A stretch of DNA of 64,000 nucleotides from Chiloscyllium plagiosum (Eukaryota): positions 19,415,366-19,479,365 of the forward strand of contig NC_057750.1 in assembly GCF_004010195.1 (NCBI RefSeq), written 5' to 3'. The position numbers and the translations under genes were made by a program. Shown in pieces: positions 1 to 11,559 of this stretch; position 1 is the first letter of the stretch; each line of letters starts with the position of its first letter. The notes under the pieces were generated by a model that was given only the letters and a program-made list of their open reading frames with translations, was not told where the DNA came from and did no database searches.

Positions 1-945
1 CTTGTCCCGGTTCGTTACCGAGTACCAAATCTAATATGGCCTCCCCTCTGGTCCGACAATGTACATACTGAGTTAGAAAAGCTTCCTGGACACTGCACAA
101 ACACCGCCTCGTCCAATCTACTTGATCTAAAGAGCTTCCAATCAATATTTGGGAAGTTGAAATCATCCATGACTACTACCCTGTGGCTTCTGCACCTTTC
201 CAAAATCTGTTTCCCAATCTGTTTGTCCACATCTCTGCTGCTATTGGGGGGTCTATAGTAAACACCCAACAAGGTGACTGTTCCTTTCCTATTTCTGACT
301 TCAGCCCATGCTACCTCCAAAGGCAGATCCCCCTCGAACTGCCTTTCTGCAGCCGTTATACCATTTCTAATTAGCAACCCCACCCTCACTCCTTTTTTAC
401 TACCCCCCCTAATCTTAGTGAAAATCTGTAACCAGGAACCTCCAACAACCATTCCTGACCCTCTTCTACTCTCGTTTCCATGATGGCCACAACATCATAG
501 TCCCAAGTACCGATCCACGCCTTAAGTTCACCCACCTTATTTCTGATACTCCTTGTGTTGATGCATACACACTTGAGCCCATCTCTGTGTCTGCAACTAT
601 TCCCTGTCAGTATTACCTTCTCCACAGCCTCCCTACATTCTTAGACATCCTGAAAAACAGCTAACCTATTTGCTGGACTACAAGTCCGGATCCCATCCCC
701 CTGCCAAATTAGTTTAACCCCCCCCCCCCCCGAAGAGTGCTAGCAAACCTATCTCCCAGGATATTGGTGCCCTTTTGGTTCAGGTGCAACCTGTCCTGCT
801 AGTACAGGTCCCACCTTCCCCAGAATGCAGTCCAATTGTCCAAATACCTGAAACCCTCCCTCCTACACCATCCTTGCAGCCACGTGTTCAACTGCACTCT
901 CTCCCTATTCCTTGCCTCACTGTCACGTGGCACCGGCAACAACCT
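1..945 (-). mobile_element. CR1-type LINE fragment (ORF1 esterase end and ORF2 APE endonuclease), decayed
   Basis: Minus-strand peptides QLNTWLQGWCRREGFRYLDNW (ORF1 esterase), LKCVCINTRSIRNK...YDVVAIMET and GVYYRPPNS...DFNFPNIDW (APE endonuclease). Confidence 0.88.
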
Positions 946-1365
946 AGTAGGCTTATATCTACTGGTGTTTTGAAGAGTATGAGATGATTTTATTGAAATA
1001 CAAAAGATCCTGAGGGGTCTAGACAGGATAGACATGGAAAGGATGTTTCCTCTTGTGGGAAAATCTAAAACTCAGAGGGGGGGGCTTACTCTTTAAAAAA
1101 AAAATAAAGCTTTACCCATTTAAAACACAGACAAAGTGACTTCTTTCCTCTCTCAGAGAATTGTAAATCTTTGGAACGTTGTACTGCAAAAGGTGGTGGA
1201 AACAGAGACTTTGAACAATTTCAAGACACAGCTAGATAGATGATTCCTTAGCAAGGCAGTGAAAGGTGATCAGGGATGCAAGGATATGGAGTTGAGGCTA
1301 CATGCAGATCAAAGGTGTAATTGAATGATGGAGAAGGGGCCAAGGGCCTACTCCTGACTGGCATG
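946..1365 (+). mobile_element. CR1 LINE 3' end, old
   Basis: Degenerate CR1 ORF2 C-terminus and 3'UTR motifs (ggatgtttcctcttgtggg...tctcagagaattgtaaatctttgg...ggcctactcctg). Confidence 0.65.
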
Positions 1366-1489
1366 TGTAGCTCTGTAACGGATAAAACATTGACTACTTT
1401 TTGGATTTTTATCTTTGCCATGCTGACGAGAGCTATGGCTCACTCCTAGGAATTGGGAAGTTGTTGATTCAAGTTGCTCTTAGAGACTG

Positions 1490-1790
1490 GACATGCAGGC
1501 TCACCTGTACACTGCAGTGCTGTGATCATCCTAAACTGGTAGTGATGCTGTCAATTGGATGAGACATGGTGCTGTGGGATGGGGGTTGTGGTTTTCTAGG
1601 TAAATGTTTCTTCCTGAAACAACATCCCAACAGATTCATCTGTCATTATTACCTTGTAAATCCTTGGAGTTTGTTGTGCACGCATTGGCTATTGTTTCAT
1701 ATATTGTGACAATGGCTACACTTGAAAAAATATTTCATTTGTTGTAAAAGGGGTTGTGGTTTCCAGAGGATAAGAAGAATATTGTAAGCA
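1490..1790 (+). mobile_element. Ancient Deu-domain SINE remnant (SacSINE1/AmnSINE1-like)
   Basis: gttgtgcacgcattggct...acaatggctacacttgaaaaaatatttcatttgttgtaaa resembles the Deu core; a similar copy lies at ~50270-50400. Confidence 0.5.
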
Positions 1791-2089
1791 ACATTGTGTT
1801 TTTAAAATTCTCGTCCACATTTTCAAATCTCACCACGGTCTTTTCTCTCCTTGTCTCGATAATCACCCCTATCCTCATAACCATCCAAAATATCTATGTT
1901 CCTTTAATTCTGATCTTTTGTGCATGCATAATATGAATAGTACCACTCCTGTTGGCCATTCAGTCAGCTGTTTGGGCCCTTCCCTTCCTCCACTCCTTTG
2001 TCTCTCTACTTCACTTCAATCTTCTAAAATGTTTCTTAAAACCTACTTTTTAAACTGAATATTTGGTCATCTCATGATTCAGTGTCATA

Positions 2090-2815
2090 TTCAGAATCAT
2101 ACAGCACATAAACAGACCCTTCGGTCCAATCAGGCATTCCAACCATAATCCCAAACTAAAGCAATCTCCCCCGCCTGAACTTGGCCCACATCCCTCCAAA
2201 CATTTCATATTCATGTACTTATCTAAATATCTTTTAAACGTTGTAACTGGACCTGTATCCATCACTTCCTTTGGAAGTCATTCCACACACGAACCACTTG
2301 CTGTGTTAAAAACAAAGTTGCCCCTCATGTCTTTTAAAATCATTTTTGTGCTCACCTTAAAAAATGCTCCCTTGTCTTGAAATCCCTCACCCTAGGGAAA
2401 ATATACCTGCCATACACCTTATCTGTATATCTCATGATTTTATAAGGTCACCCCTCAAGCTGTTACACGCCAACAGACAAAGTCGTAGCTTACCAGCCTG
2501 TCAACCACCACACCCACCCATTCCATTCCCTGCAACATTCTGGTAAACCTCTTCTGAACCCTTTCCATCTTAATAATATCCTTCCTATAAAATGGGCAAC
2601 CAGAACTGCACACAGTACTCCAGAAGAGGCCTCACCAATGTTCTATACAACTTCAACTTAAAATGCTAACTCCCTACTCAAAGGATTGAGCAATGAAGAC
2701 AAGTGTGCTAAATACCTTCTTAACCACCCTGTCTATATGTGATGCAAACTTCAAAGAATTATGCATCTGAACCATAGGTCTTTCTCTCTTCTACAACATT
2801 ACCCAAAGCCCTCAA
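2090..2815 (-). mobile_element. CR1 LINE 3' portion
   Basis: Minus-strand TTFKRYLDKYMN; CR1 3'UTR with a short tandem tail at the left end. Confidence 0.8.
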
Positions 2816-3814
2816 TGAAGCTGGGAAAATCCAACACAAAGCCAGTAAGTATTGACAACAAACAATAATCTGTATTTATATAGCACCTTTAATTTAGTGA
2901 AATGCCTCAAGGCATCACAAATCAAGGCCTCCCTATTCAGTGTTTGCTAAAACTGACAGCTTGAATAGTGGCTGATTAGGCAGCCACTGGAGTCGGAAGC
3001 CTCCATGTCCCATTGATATCAAAAGATGGTGATCGCAATTGAACCCAATCCAGATCCCTTGAACTACTAACATTAATTTTGTTCCTTGTGACAATTTTTG
3101 TGCTGTCCAGCAAGGGCTGTCACAATATTAAGATGCCCTTGCAATCCCCAAACAAGCTCAGTAGGCTTTCACTTTAGCCAGTGGTGTTGAATAGGCCTGC
3201 AGAATTGGTAGCCCGCTTGCCATTTTTAATTGGAGGGCAAGCTCCACTGAGCCCATTTTAATTCCAGATTTTTATTGAATTCAAGTTTCACCATTTTGCG
3301 TGGTGGGATTTAGACCCACGTCCTCAAGCATTGGCCTGGGATTCATAGAATCATACAATACATCAGCTCATCAAGTCTGCACAGAACTGTTTCAAATCTC
3401 GAGAGTCCCACTTTCCAGCACACAGGCCTGAACTTTCAATGTTATGACATTTTAAGAGCTCACCCAAGTACTTTTTAAAAGGTGGAAGGTTTAGGGTCTT
3501 AAGTACCTTCCTCATCTGTCTATTCCAGACCCACCACTCTCTGGGTGAAAAGATTTTCCGCAAATCTCCTCTAAACTTCAAGTCGTTCATCTTAGAATTA
3601 TGCTCTCTTGTAATTGACCCTTCAACTAAGGGGGAGCCACTTCCTATCCACTCTGCCCATGCCCTTCACAATATTACGCACCTCATTCAGGTCCCCTCTC
3701 AGCCTTCTCTGCTCTAAAGAGAATAGCCTGAGCTTATCCAGACCCACTGCTCCATCCACTGGAATGATAGTCCAGTGACATTAACCAATGCCTCAACCTT
3801 CAAACAGTTTCTTG

Positions 3815-5578
3815 ACTGAAGGTTGGCTAACGTGGTGCCACTATTTAAGAAAGGTGGTAAGGAAACGGCAGGGAACTATAGACCAGTGAGCCTGACATCC
3901 GTGGTGGACAAGTTGTTGGAGGGAATCCTGAGGGACACGATTTACATGTATTTAGAAAGGCAAGGACTGATTATGGTTAGTCAACATGGCTTTTTGCTTT
4001 GGAAATCATGTCTCACAAAATTGATTGAGTTTTTTGAAGAAGTAATGAAGAGGATTGATGTGGGCAGAGCAGTGGATGTGATCTATATGGGCTTCAGTAA
4101 GGCATTCAACAAGGTTCCTCATGGTAGACTAGCTAGCAAGATTAGATCACACCGAATAGAGGGAGACTTGGGCATTTGAATACAGAACTGGCTCAAAAAA
4201 CAGAGGGTGGTGATGGAGTGTTGTTTTTCAGACTGAAGGCCTGTGACCAGTCGTGTGCCACAAGGATCAGTGCTGGGTCCACTGCTTTTCATTATTTATA
4301 TAAATGATTTGAGTGTGAACATAGGAGGTATGGTTAGCACCTTTGCAGATGACACCAAAATTGGAGGTGCAGTGGACAGAGTACAGAGTACAACAGAGCC
4401 TCAAAATACATTGGGACCTTGATCTGATGGGTTGAAGAGTAGAGGGTGAGTCAGATAGAGTTTAATTTAGATAAAGTCGAGGTGCTGCATTTTGGAAAGA
4501 CCTTAATGCTAAGGTCCTGGGGAGTGTGACTGAACAAAGTGACCTTGGAGTGCAGGTTCATAGTTCCTTGAAAGTAAAATCCCAGGTAGGTAAGATAGTG
4601 AAGAAGGCGTTTGGTATGCTTCCCTTCATTGGTCAGTGTATTGAGTATTGGAGTTGGGAGGTCATGTTGCAGCTATTCAGGACATTGGTTAGGCAATTTT
4701 GGAATATTGCATGCAATTTTGGTCTCCTTGCTATAGGAAAGATGTTGTGAAGCTTGAAAGAGTTCAGAAAAGATGTACAAGGATGTTTCCAGGGTTGGAG
4801 GGTTTGAGCTCTAGGGAAAGGCTGAATAGATGGGTGGCACGGTGGCACAGTGGTTAGCACTGCTGCCTCACAGCGCCAGAGACCCGGGTTCAATTCCCGC
4901 CTCAGGCGACCAACTGTGTGGAGTTTGCACATTCTCCCCATGTCTGCGTGGGTTTCCTCCGGGTGCTCCGGTTTCCTCCCACAGTCCAAAGATGTGCAGG
5001 TCAGGTGAATTGGCCATGCTAAGTTGTCCGTAGTGTTAGGTAAGAGGTAAATGTAGGGGTATGGGTGGTTTGCGCTTCGGCGGGTCGGTGTGGACTTGTT
5101 GGGCCGAAGGGCCTGTTTCCACACTGTAAAGTAATCTAATCTAATCTAATCTAATCTTGAAATTAAGATTGGAGCTATTTTATCTGGAGTGGCAGAGGCT
5201 GAGGGGTGACCTTATAAAGGTTAATAAAATCATGAGGGACGTGGATAGGGTGAATAGACAAGGTCTTTTCCTAGGCATGTGGGAGTCCAAAACTAGAAGG
5301 CATTGAAGGTGAGAGGGGGAAGACATAAAAGGGACCCAAGAAGCAACTTTTTCACACAAAGAGTGGTGTGTGTATAGAATAAGCAGCCAGAGGAAGTGTT
5401 CGAGGCTGATACAACTACATCATTTAAAACACATCTGGATGGGGATATGAAATAGGAAGGGTTTAGAGGGATGTGAGCAAAATGCTGGCAAATGGGACTA
5501 GATTTATTTTGGATATTTGGTCGGCATGAACAAGTTTGACCGAAGGGCCTGTTTCCATGCTCTTTATCTCTATGACTC
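3815..5578 (+). mobile_element. CR1 LINE, RT domain to 3'UTR, interrupted by an HE1 SINE
   Basis: ANVVPLFKKG...GNYRPVSLTS...QHGF...FSKAFNKVPH, FADD-coding 'tttgcagatgacacc', and a tail ending in ctctatgactct. Confidence 0.9.
4831..5157 (+). mobile_element. HE1 / V-SINE (tRNA-derived), young full-length copy
   Basis: A-box 'gtggcacagtggttagc', B-box 'gggttcaattccc', V-domain 'tgtgtggagtttgcacattctcccc...ggtttcctccc', CR1-like tail and (taatc)n end. Confidence 0.9.
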
Positions 5579-6156
5579 TGAATAATTTGCTTCCATTTAA
5601 TCGGGTTATTTGGCTTTGGTGTTATGTTCCACCATAAGGGTGGAAGCTGTACCAGTTCAGAAATCCTCCAATACCGTAAGGGGCATGAATTGGGACATAG
5701 AGTGGAACATTTGTAAGTTCCTGGTCTCTGCACAGTGAGTTTTGCTGTGAAGTGCATGTTTTTGAATATCTGGAGAGACAGCAAAATCTAGTTCCGATGT
5801 GGTGTGTCAACAGTTGAACAGTCCGCTCAACTGCCTCTCCAGTGAGTCTAGCATCAGTGAATAGAACGTGAAAGAGGTAGCTGTCTCCTGGGCAATGCCT
5901 TACAGGAATAAGTTAATTTGCAGTCTTGATTGTGAATTGTACATTGATCTTCAAGGATCTAAATTCAATGTGTACAAGTGACACAAAGTGCAGAGTCAGA
6001 TCATCAGTAGACAGCATTTCATCAATGGAGTCTCTGAGGTCAATGAATGGGCAGGATTTGTGAACTCATCTCTTTCACTTCTCCAATTTATAGTTTCAGA
6101 ATGAATTTCTCCTATATCCGTGCATTCACAGAATTACAAAGCATTACTCAATCATT

Positions 6157-6326
6157 AAAATGAAACAAAACAAAATCTGCAGATGCTGGAAATCTGAAAG
6201 GAAAACAGAAATTATTGGAGAAACTCAGCAGATCTGGCAGCAGCAACCCTTCTCAACGTTAACTCTGTTTTCTATCCACAGATGCTGCCAGATCTGCTGA
6301 GTTTCTCCAGCAATTTCTGTTTTAAG
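6157..6326 (-). mobile_element. Penelope-derived inverted-repeat (hairpin) element, family C
   Basis: Arms aaaacagaaattattggagaaactcagcagatctggcagca and tgctgccagatctgctgagtttctccagcaatttctgtttt; TSD tactcaatcatt (6145-6156) / tactgaatcatt (6327-6338). Confidence 0.75.
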
Positions 6327-7094
6327 TACTGAATCATTTCCCCATAGAAACTGCCTAATTGCCTTTTGTGAATGAACTGACGTTGTCGCTCCTCAGGGAC
6401 TGGGTTACAGATGGTAGGGGTTTTACTAAGGAAATTCCCTCTGAGTGGTAGTGGGTAGACTTTATAATAAACAAAAAATCTATTTCAGCTTGGCTCGCTG
6501 AGTTTTTAGTTTTTTTGTTGTAAGCAGTGGATTTTGGTGGACTTCGGATATGATTTTGATTCAGTTAGAGTGTGAACTTGGAAGAATAATCTGATAATAT
6601 ACATCCATTTGAGCAAGGTACCAGCATGAGACTGGTGCTTGTATAACTGTATTCGAGAAAATGTCAATGTGCATCCCCAGCATTCTGTGCGGCCTGGACT
6701 TTACAAAGTTGAAACAATTCCAAAGCCATGTAGGTAGGGTGGGTGTGTCTGGATTCTGGATTTCCTTTCCCCCAGTCCAACTCCCCAGGCTTGCGTCCTG
6801 CATTCCTCACCTGGGGTTTGTGGGTTCGGTATGTCCAAAACTCCTCACCTCATTACATGGGGTCACATCAGTTTTGTTGTGACTCATGGTTCACTCAGGT
6901 TTGGAACATAGACTGTATTCAGGTACCTTTTGAAAGGTAACTTCTGAACCATTCTGAGCATTGGGGCAAGTACCCCAGGGTGGGCTGAAGTGCCTGTTCC
7001 TGTACTATGTTCTATAAGTCCTTTAAGCCGCTTGCCAAGCTGCCGTTAGCCACCTCCACAAGGCTTCTTATAATTCCACATCATGGTGAGGTGG

Positions 7095-7430
7095 TCACCT
7101 AGCAGTGTTCTGGCTAGGCTTATTCATCCACAGACCAAGTAATGTTCTGGGAACCTGGGCTCGAATCCCACCACAGTAGATAGTGGAATTTAAGTTATAA
7201 TAATCTGGAAATAAAAGTGTAATGATGACCACAAAACTTCCCAACAGGAAAAGAAAACAACCTCATTCACTAATATTCTTTTGGAAAGGAAACTGCCATC
7301 CTTACCTGGCCTACACGTGACTCCAGACCCATATTAGTGTGGTTGACTCTTAACTGCCCTCTGGGTAATTAGGGATGGGCAATGAATGCTGGCCTAGCCA
7401 GTGATGTCCATATTCCATGAATGAATTAAA
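7095..7430 (+). mobile_element. tRNA-like SINE with a LINE-derived 'agggatgggcaataaatgctgg' tail
   Basis: B-box-like 'gggctcgaatccc'; the tail is shared with many LINE 3' ends in the window. Related minus-strand copies lie near 21990-22350 and 33690-34050. Confidence 0.55.
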
Positions 7431-7624
7431 TCACTCATGTCCCTTTAATCTACCTGTGCATGAAAATTGCTCTTCTTACAACTAAAGTTGTAGGCAGACC
7501 ATTATGGCATGAATGACATAGGCTTTGAACAGTTTACATCTTTAACTCTTTACAAATAAACTTTGACTCATTAACAAAAGAGATGGGAGAAAGAATAGCT
7601 TATTCTAAGCACTTAGGGATGCAG

Positions 7625-7797
7625 AGTCAAGATTAGAGTGGTACTGGAAAAGCACAGCAGGTCAGGTAGCATCCTGATGAAGGGCTTTTGCCCGAAACAT
7701 CGATTTTCTTGCTCCTCGGATGCTGCCTGACCTGCTGTGCTTTTCCAGCATCACTCTAATCTTGACTCTGATCTCCAGCATCTGCAGTCCTCACTTT
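7625..7797 (+). mobile_element. Penelope-derived hairpin element, family A, with hammerhead motif
   Basis: ~53-nt inverted arms (7622-7674 / 7718-7770); TSD cacttagggatgcag (7610-7624) / cacttagagatgcag (7798-7812); internal CTGATGA-A-GGGC-tttt-GCCC-GAAA. Confidence 0.82.
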
Positions 7798-8528
7798 CAC
7801 TTAGAGATGCAGTTCAAGCGAAGACAACAGTTTACTCCAATTGTCTAAACAGTCGCCTTCTGAGACTTTGAGTCTGGGCTTGCAGGCAAGCAGGGATAAT
7901 GAGGACAGGGATAAGAAATTGTTCAGGAGAACAAGACAGCCTAATTTTCTCCTTCCAACTCCATTTTGATTCAACTCCCTCTCCCTCTCTCTACCTCTCC
8001 CTCACCTTTGTTGAGGTGCATTGTACTTAACGGATTTTGCACGTAATTTATTAAATTAGAAACACAAACAGTGGTTAATGGATGAAAAAAAATACCGTGG
8101 GCGATTTGTTGATGGAAAAAGATACAGTTGGTTGTGTACAAGAGTGCTTCTGGATAATAAAAAAAAGAACAACTCAATTATTTGGGCTGTGGTACTTGTG
8201 TCCCTAGCTCTGAGATGCCAGAAATGCCATTGGTCTCCTAATTAGGTCCAGTTGGGAAGCTTCAAAGAACAGCAAAATCCTGTGAAATTGAGAATGTGAA
8301 ATAAAAGCAGATGGTGCTGTAGAAACTCAGCAGGTCTGGCTGCATCTGTGGAGAGAGCAAACTTGAAGCATTAACTCTGTTTCCTTCTGCATAAATGCTG
8401 CCAGAGCTGTTGAGTTTTTGTACATTTGACATTCCTGAATTATGGAGGCTAACTTTAAAGATTAAGATGCTTAGGTGCAGGCCCAAGTCTTTAGTACAAC
8501 AGATTAAGTAGAATTGAAGACAGTATAA

Positions 8529-8720
8529 AGTCAGAGTCACACAATACCAGGTTATAGACCAACAGGTTTATTTGAAATCACAAACTTTCGGAGCGCTACT
8601 CCTTCATCAGGTGAAGTTTCACCCAACTTGTGCTTTCAAGTAAACCTGTTAGACTATAACCTGGTATCATGGGACTTCTGACTTTGTCCACCCCAGTCCA
8701 ACACCAGCACCTCCACATCA
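8529..8720 (+). mobile_element. Penelope-derived hairpin element, family B, with hammerhead motif on the - strand
   Basis: Inverted arms (accaggttatagaccaacaggttta / taaacctgttagactataacctggt); TSD tgaagacagtataa (8515-8528) / tgaagtcagtataa (8721-8734). Confidence 0.8.
8579..8613 (-). ncRNA. Minimal type I hammerhead ribozyme motif (near-intact)
   Basis: The - strand reads cac-CUGAUGA-A-GGAG-uagcg-CUCC-GAAA-GUUU-gug: stem I cac/gug, stem II GGAG/CUCC. Confidence 0.6.
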
Positions 8721-9115
8721 TGAAGTCAGTATAAGAGAAGATGGGAGAAGGTATTTCATGCAGTAATGAACTGAGTAGTGTCTGAGACAGAAAACTGGAG
8801 GGTATGGAGATATCTCCATCACAGAATGTAAAAAAAAGATTAAAATTAACGTTTATGTTTTGATTGTGAGGAATCGAGAAGTGCTTTTTGCCTTACATGC
8901 AGTCTTAAGTTTCGGAACCTTTGTTTACATGAGTGCAAGGATGTGGAAAGGATCCATGAGCACATTTTTTTTGCGAGGTTTTCTTTCTTTGGTGACCACT
9001 TCTGTTTTTTAGTGAAAATAATGTTTGCTTTGCATGTGAAGATCTGGGGCCAGACTGCGGGGAATGAAACTTTATTTCAGAAAATTACATGTTTTCTTTT
9101 CACAATTTCTTACAG

Positions 9116-9299
9116 GCTGAGAAATCTGTGCATGACCTCAGCCAAGAGATCTATTTGAAGGATATCTCTGTTCCACCATTCAGTCACATGATCAGAGCAT
9201 TGGCACCTCACTCGCGATACAGAATCCGGCTGGCCTGCAGCACGGATATTGGCACCTCCCCATGGAGCAGCTGGGTGACAGCGGAAACACTTGAAGGAG
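9116..9299 (+). CDS. AXL: AXL receptor tyrosine kinase exon, C-terminal half of FN3 domain 1
   Basis: tttcttacag| acceptor and G|gtgag donor; 184 nt, phase 0 to 1. Encodes AEKSVHDLSQEIYLKDISVPPFSHMIRALAPHSRYRIRLACSTDIGTSPWSSWVTAETLEG, resembling AXL 'SVPPHQLRLGSLHPHTPYHIRVAC...WLPVETPEG'. Confidence 0.92.
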
Positions 9300-9651
9300 G
9301 TGAGGGTGGAGGAACTGTTCCCACTCGTGAATAAATGTCAGGCGTCAGTGTTAGCTCCAAGTGATGCTCCCAGGGCATTAGCAAGAAAGTGCTACACTGT
9401 CAGAGGTACTGTTTATCCAAAGAGTTTTTAAACTGAGAGTTCATTTTGCTGTTTCATTTGAATGTAAGATATTCCATACTTTAAATTTTAATATGTATTT
9501 CTGTTTCCATATGTGGACATTTTCCTTTAATTTAACACATAAAAGCAGATCATCTGATCTTTGTTCATGAGATTGTTGTGCAGTAATTAATTACTCCAAA
9601 TCTACATCAGAACAATTACAACATTACAAAACAAAGACTTTATATCATATA

Positions 9652-9829
9652 AAAAGAGAAATTGCTGGAGAAACTCAGCAGGTTTAACAGCATCTCTGGA
9701 GTGCAAACAGAGTTAATGTTTCAAGTCCAGTGATCTTCTATTTTCTCTCTACGGGTGCTGTCAGACCTATTGAGTTTCACCAGCAATTTGTTTCTGTAGC
9801 AGACTTCCAGCATCTGTAGTTCTTTGTTT
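9652..9829 (+). mobile_element. Penelope-derived hairpin element, family C, older
   Basis: Arms gaaattgctggagaaactcagcagg and cctattgagtttcaccagcaattt; TSD tatcatata (9643-9651 / 9830-9838). Confidence 0.65.
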
Positions 9830-10059
9830 TATCATATATCCCACCATGGGTTTGCCTCCAACAGGATGTTTTACTTGATGTGGCAATGCTTATGTTATCT
9901 TCTCTGCTATAAGAAACGGCATGGATACTGTGATAGTAAAGAATCCAGCAGAGATTCATCACAATTAAATATATGTACGATAATTACATCCCTCTGGCAC
10001 AGAAGTGTTTGTGTTAATATTACACTAAAACGTTACAAAAGAGAAGCATGATTCCACAA

Positions 10060-10585
10060 CTCTACATCGGGGAGACAGGACGCCAACTTGCGGATCATTT
10101 CAGAGGACATCTCTGGGACACCCGCACCAACCAACTCCACCGCCCTGTGGCCGAACACTCCACCAAGGATATGCAGATCCTGGGTCTTCTCCATCGCCAA
10201 ACCCTAACTATCTGATATCTGGAGGAAGAACGCCTCATCTGCAATCACACGGCATCAATGCAGATTTCACCAGTTTCCTCATTTCCCCTCCCCCCTCCAT
10301 CTGATCCCAGTCCCAGGCCTCCAACTCAGCATCGCCCTCTTAACCTGTCCATCTTCCTTCCAACTATCTGCTCCACCCTCCTCCCTGACCTATCACCTTC
10401 ACCTTTATCTAACTATCACATTCCTAGCTACCTTCTCCCCAGCTCCACCCCCTCTCCTATTTATCTCTCAGCCCCTCAGGTCCACAACCCTCATTCTTGA
10501 TAGAGGGTTTATGCCTAAAGCATCATTTCTCCTGATCCTCGCATGCTGCCTGACCGGCTGTGCTTTTCCAGCGCCACACTCTCAA
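10060..10585 (+). mobile_element. Penelope-like element 3' fragment: GIY-YIG endonuclease end plus pLTR (family A)
   Basis: Reads LYIGETGRQLADHFRGHLWDTR (YIG motif), then a C-rich UTR, a decayed hammerhead (~10493-10530) and the family A pLTR 'atgctgcctgacc..gctgtgcttttccagc'. Confidence 0.8.
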
Positions 10586-11559
10586 TTTCCACAGTGTCAT
10601 GCTTGTTTTATCATTTTTATTGCTCCCTTTAAAAAAAAAGCTTTTGGGTATCCATAATAATGTCAAAATGTAACTCTTGCATACAAGTTTCCTCGGGGAT
10701 GATTTCGATGGACTGGGTGTTGTGAACAGCAGCGTTTTGAAAGCAGTATTTGTGGAAAAGTAAAGCTGGAGAACTGCCAAATCTGAAATCCGTTGCCTTT
10801 AAAAGGGACAGCAGCATTTCAAGGAGGCAGCTTTCAACCACCTTCACAAGGGCAACTTAGGATGGGCAATAAATGCTGGTCCAGTCAGCAATGCCCATGT
10901 CCCCTGATTAATTAAAGCAAGTAAATCAGTGTCGTCTAGTGTTTTAACCATGAGACACACATTGCCATGTGGAAATCCAGATGAAGTTGCTCAGTGAAAC
11001 TGTTAACCAGCTAGAAAGAAATGATTTCTGCTGGTGGGGAACTAGGGGGGAATGACCAGAAATTAGAGCCTAAATCTTTTAGGAGTCAAAGATGATGTTT
11101 ACTTGATATTGTCTGCCATAAATGGCAATTTTCTTAACATTTTGTTCATGGGATGTCACCATTGCTGGCCAGACCAACACTTATTGCCGGTCCCTAATTA
11201 CCCTTGAGAAGGTGGTGGTGAGCTGCTTCCTTAAACTGTTGCACTTCCTGCTGGAGGTAGACCTGCTATGTCCTCTGGGAGGAATTGACCAAGCAACACT
11301 GAAGGAATGATTGGTTTCCAAGTCGGGATGACTAACAGGGTATGATCCCCACTCCCGGGAATGGACAGCGAAGTGCAAATAACTGGTCGGTTTGGTCTCT
11401 GAGAGATGCCCACCCCTTTCTTGCCATTTTGGCAGTTAGGTTCTGGAAGGAAATGTCCATGGGTGGCTTTCATGACCTGCCAGCAATTAAAGCCCTTAAT
11501 GCATTCATGAGTAGTTGCAGGCCTCAATCCACTACTGGCTCTGAATGAATTCTTGGGAC

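Noticed and set aside
3815..4115. Segmental duplication with 63710-64000
   Set aside because: The similarity is explained by two copies of the same CR1 subfamily; the flanks are unrelated.
4831..4905. tRNA gene
   Set aside because: The A/B boxes are the head of an HE1 SINE, followed directly by the V-domain and LINE tail.
4633..5124. Recurring ORFs such as CGRKPEHPEETHADTGRMCKLHT and VAQWLALLPH
   Set aside because: Spurious translations of HE1 SINE copies, not genes.
1..9115. Upstream AXL exons (Ig domains, first half of FN3-1)
   Set aside because: I found no exon with the expected motifs and a phase-0 donor; these exons are presumably upstream of the window.
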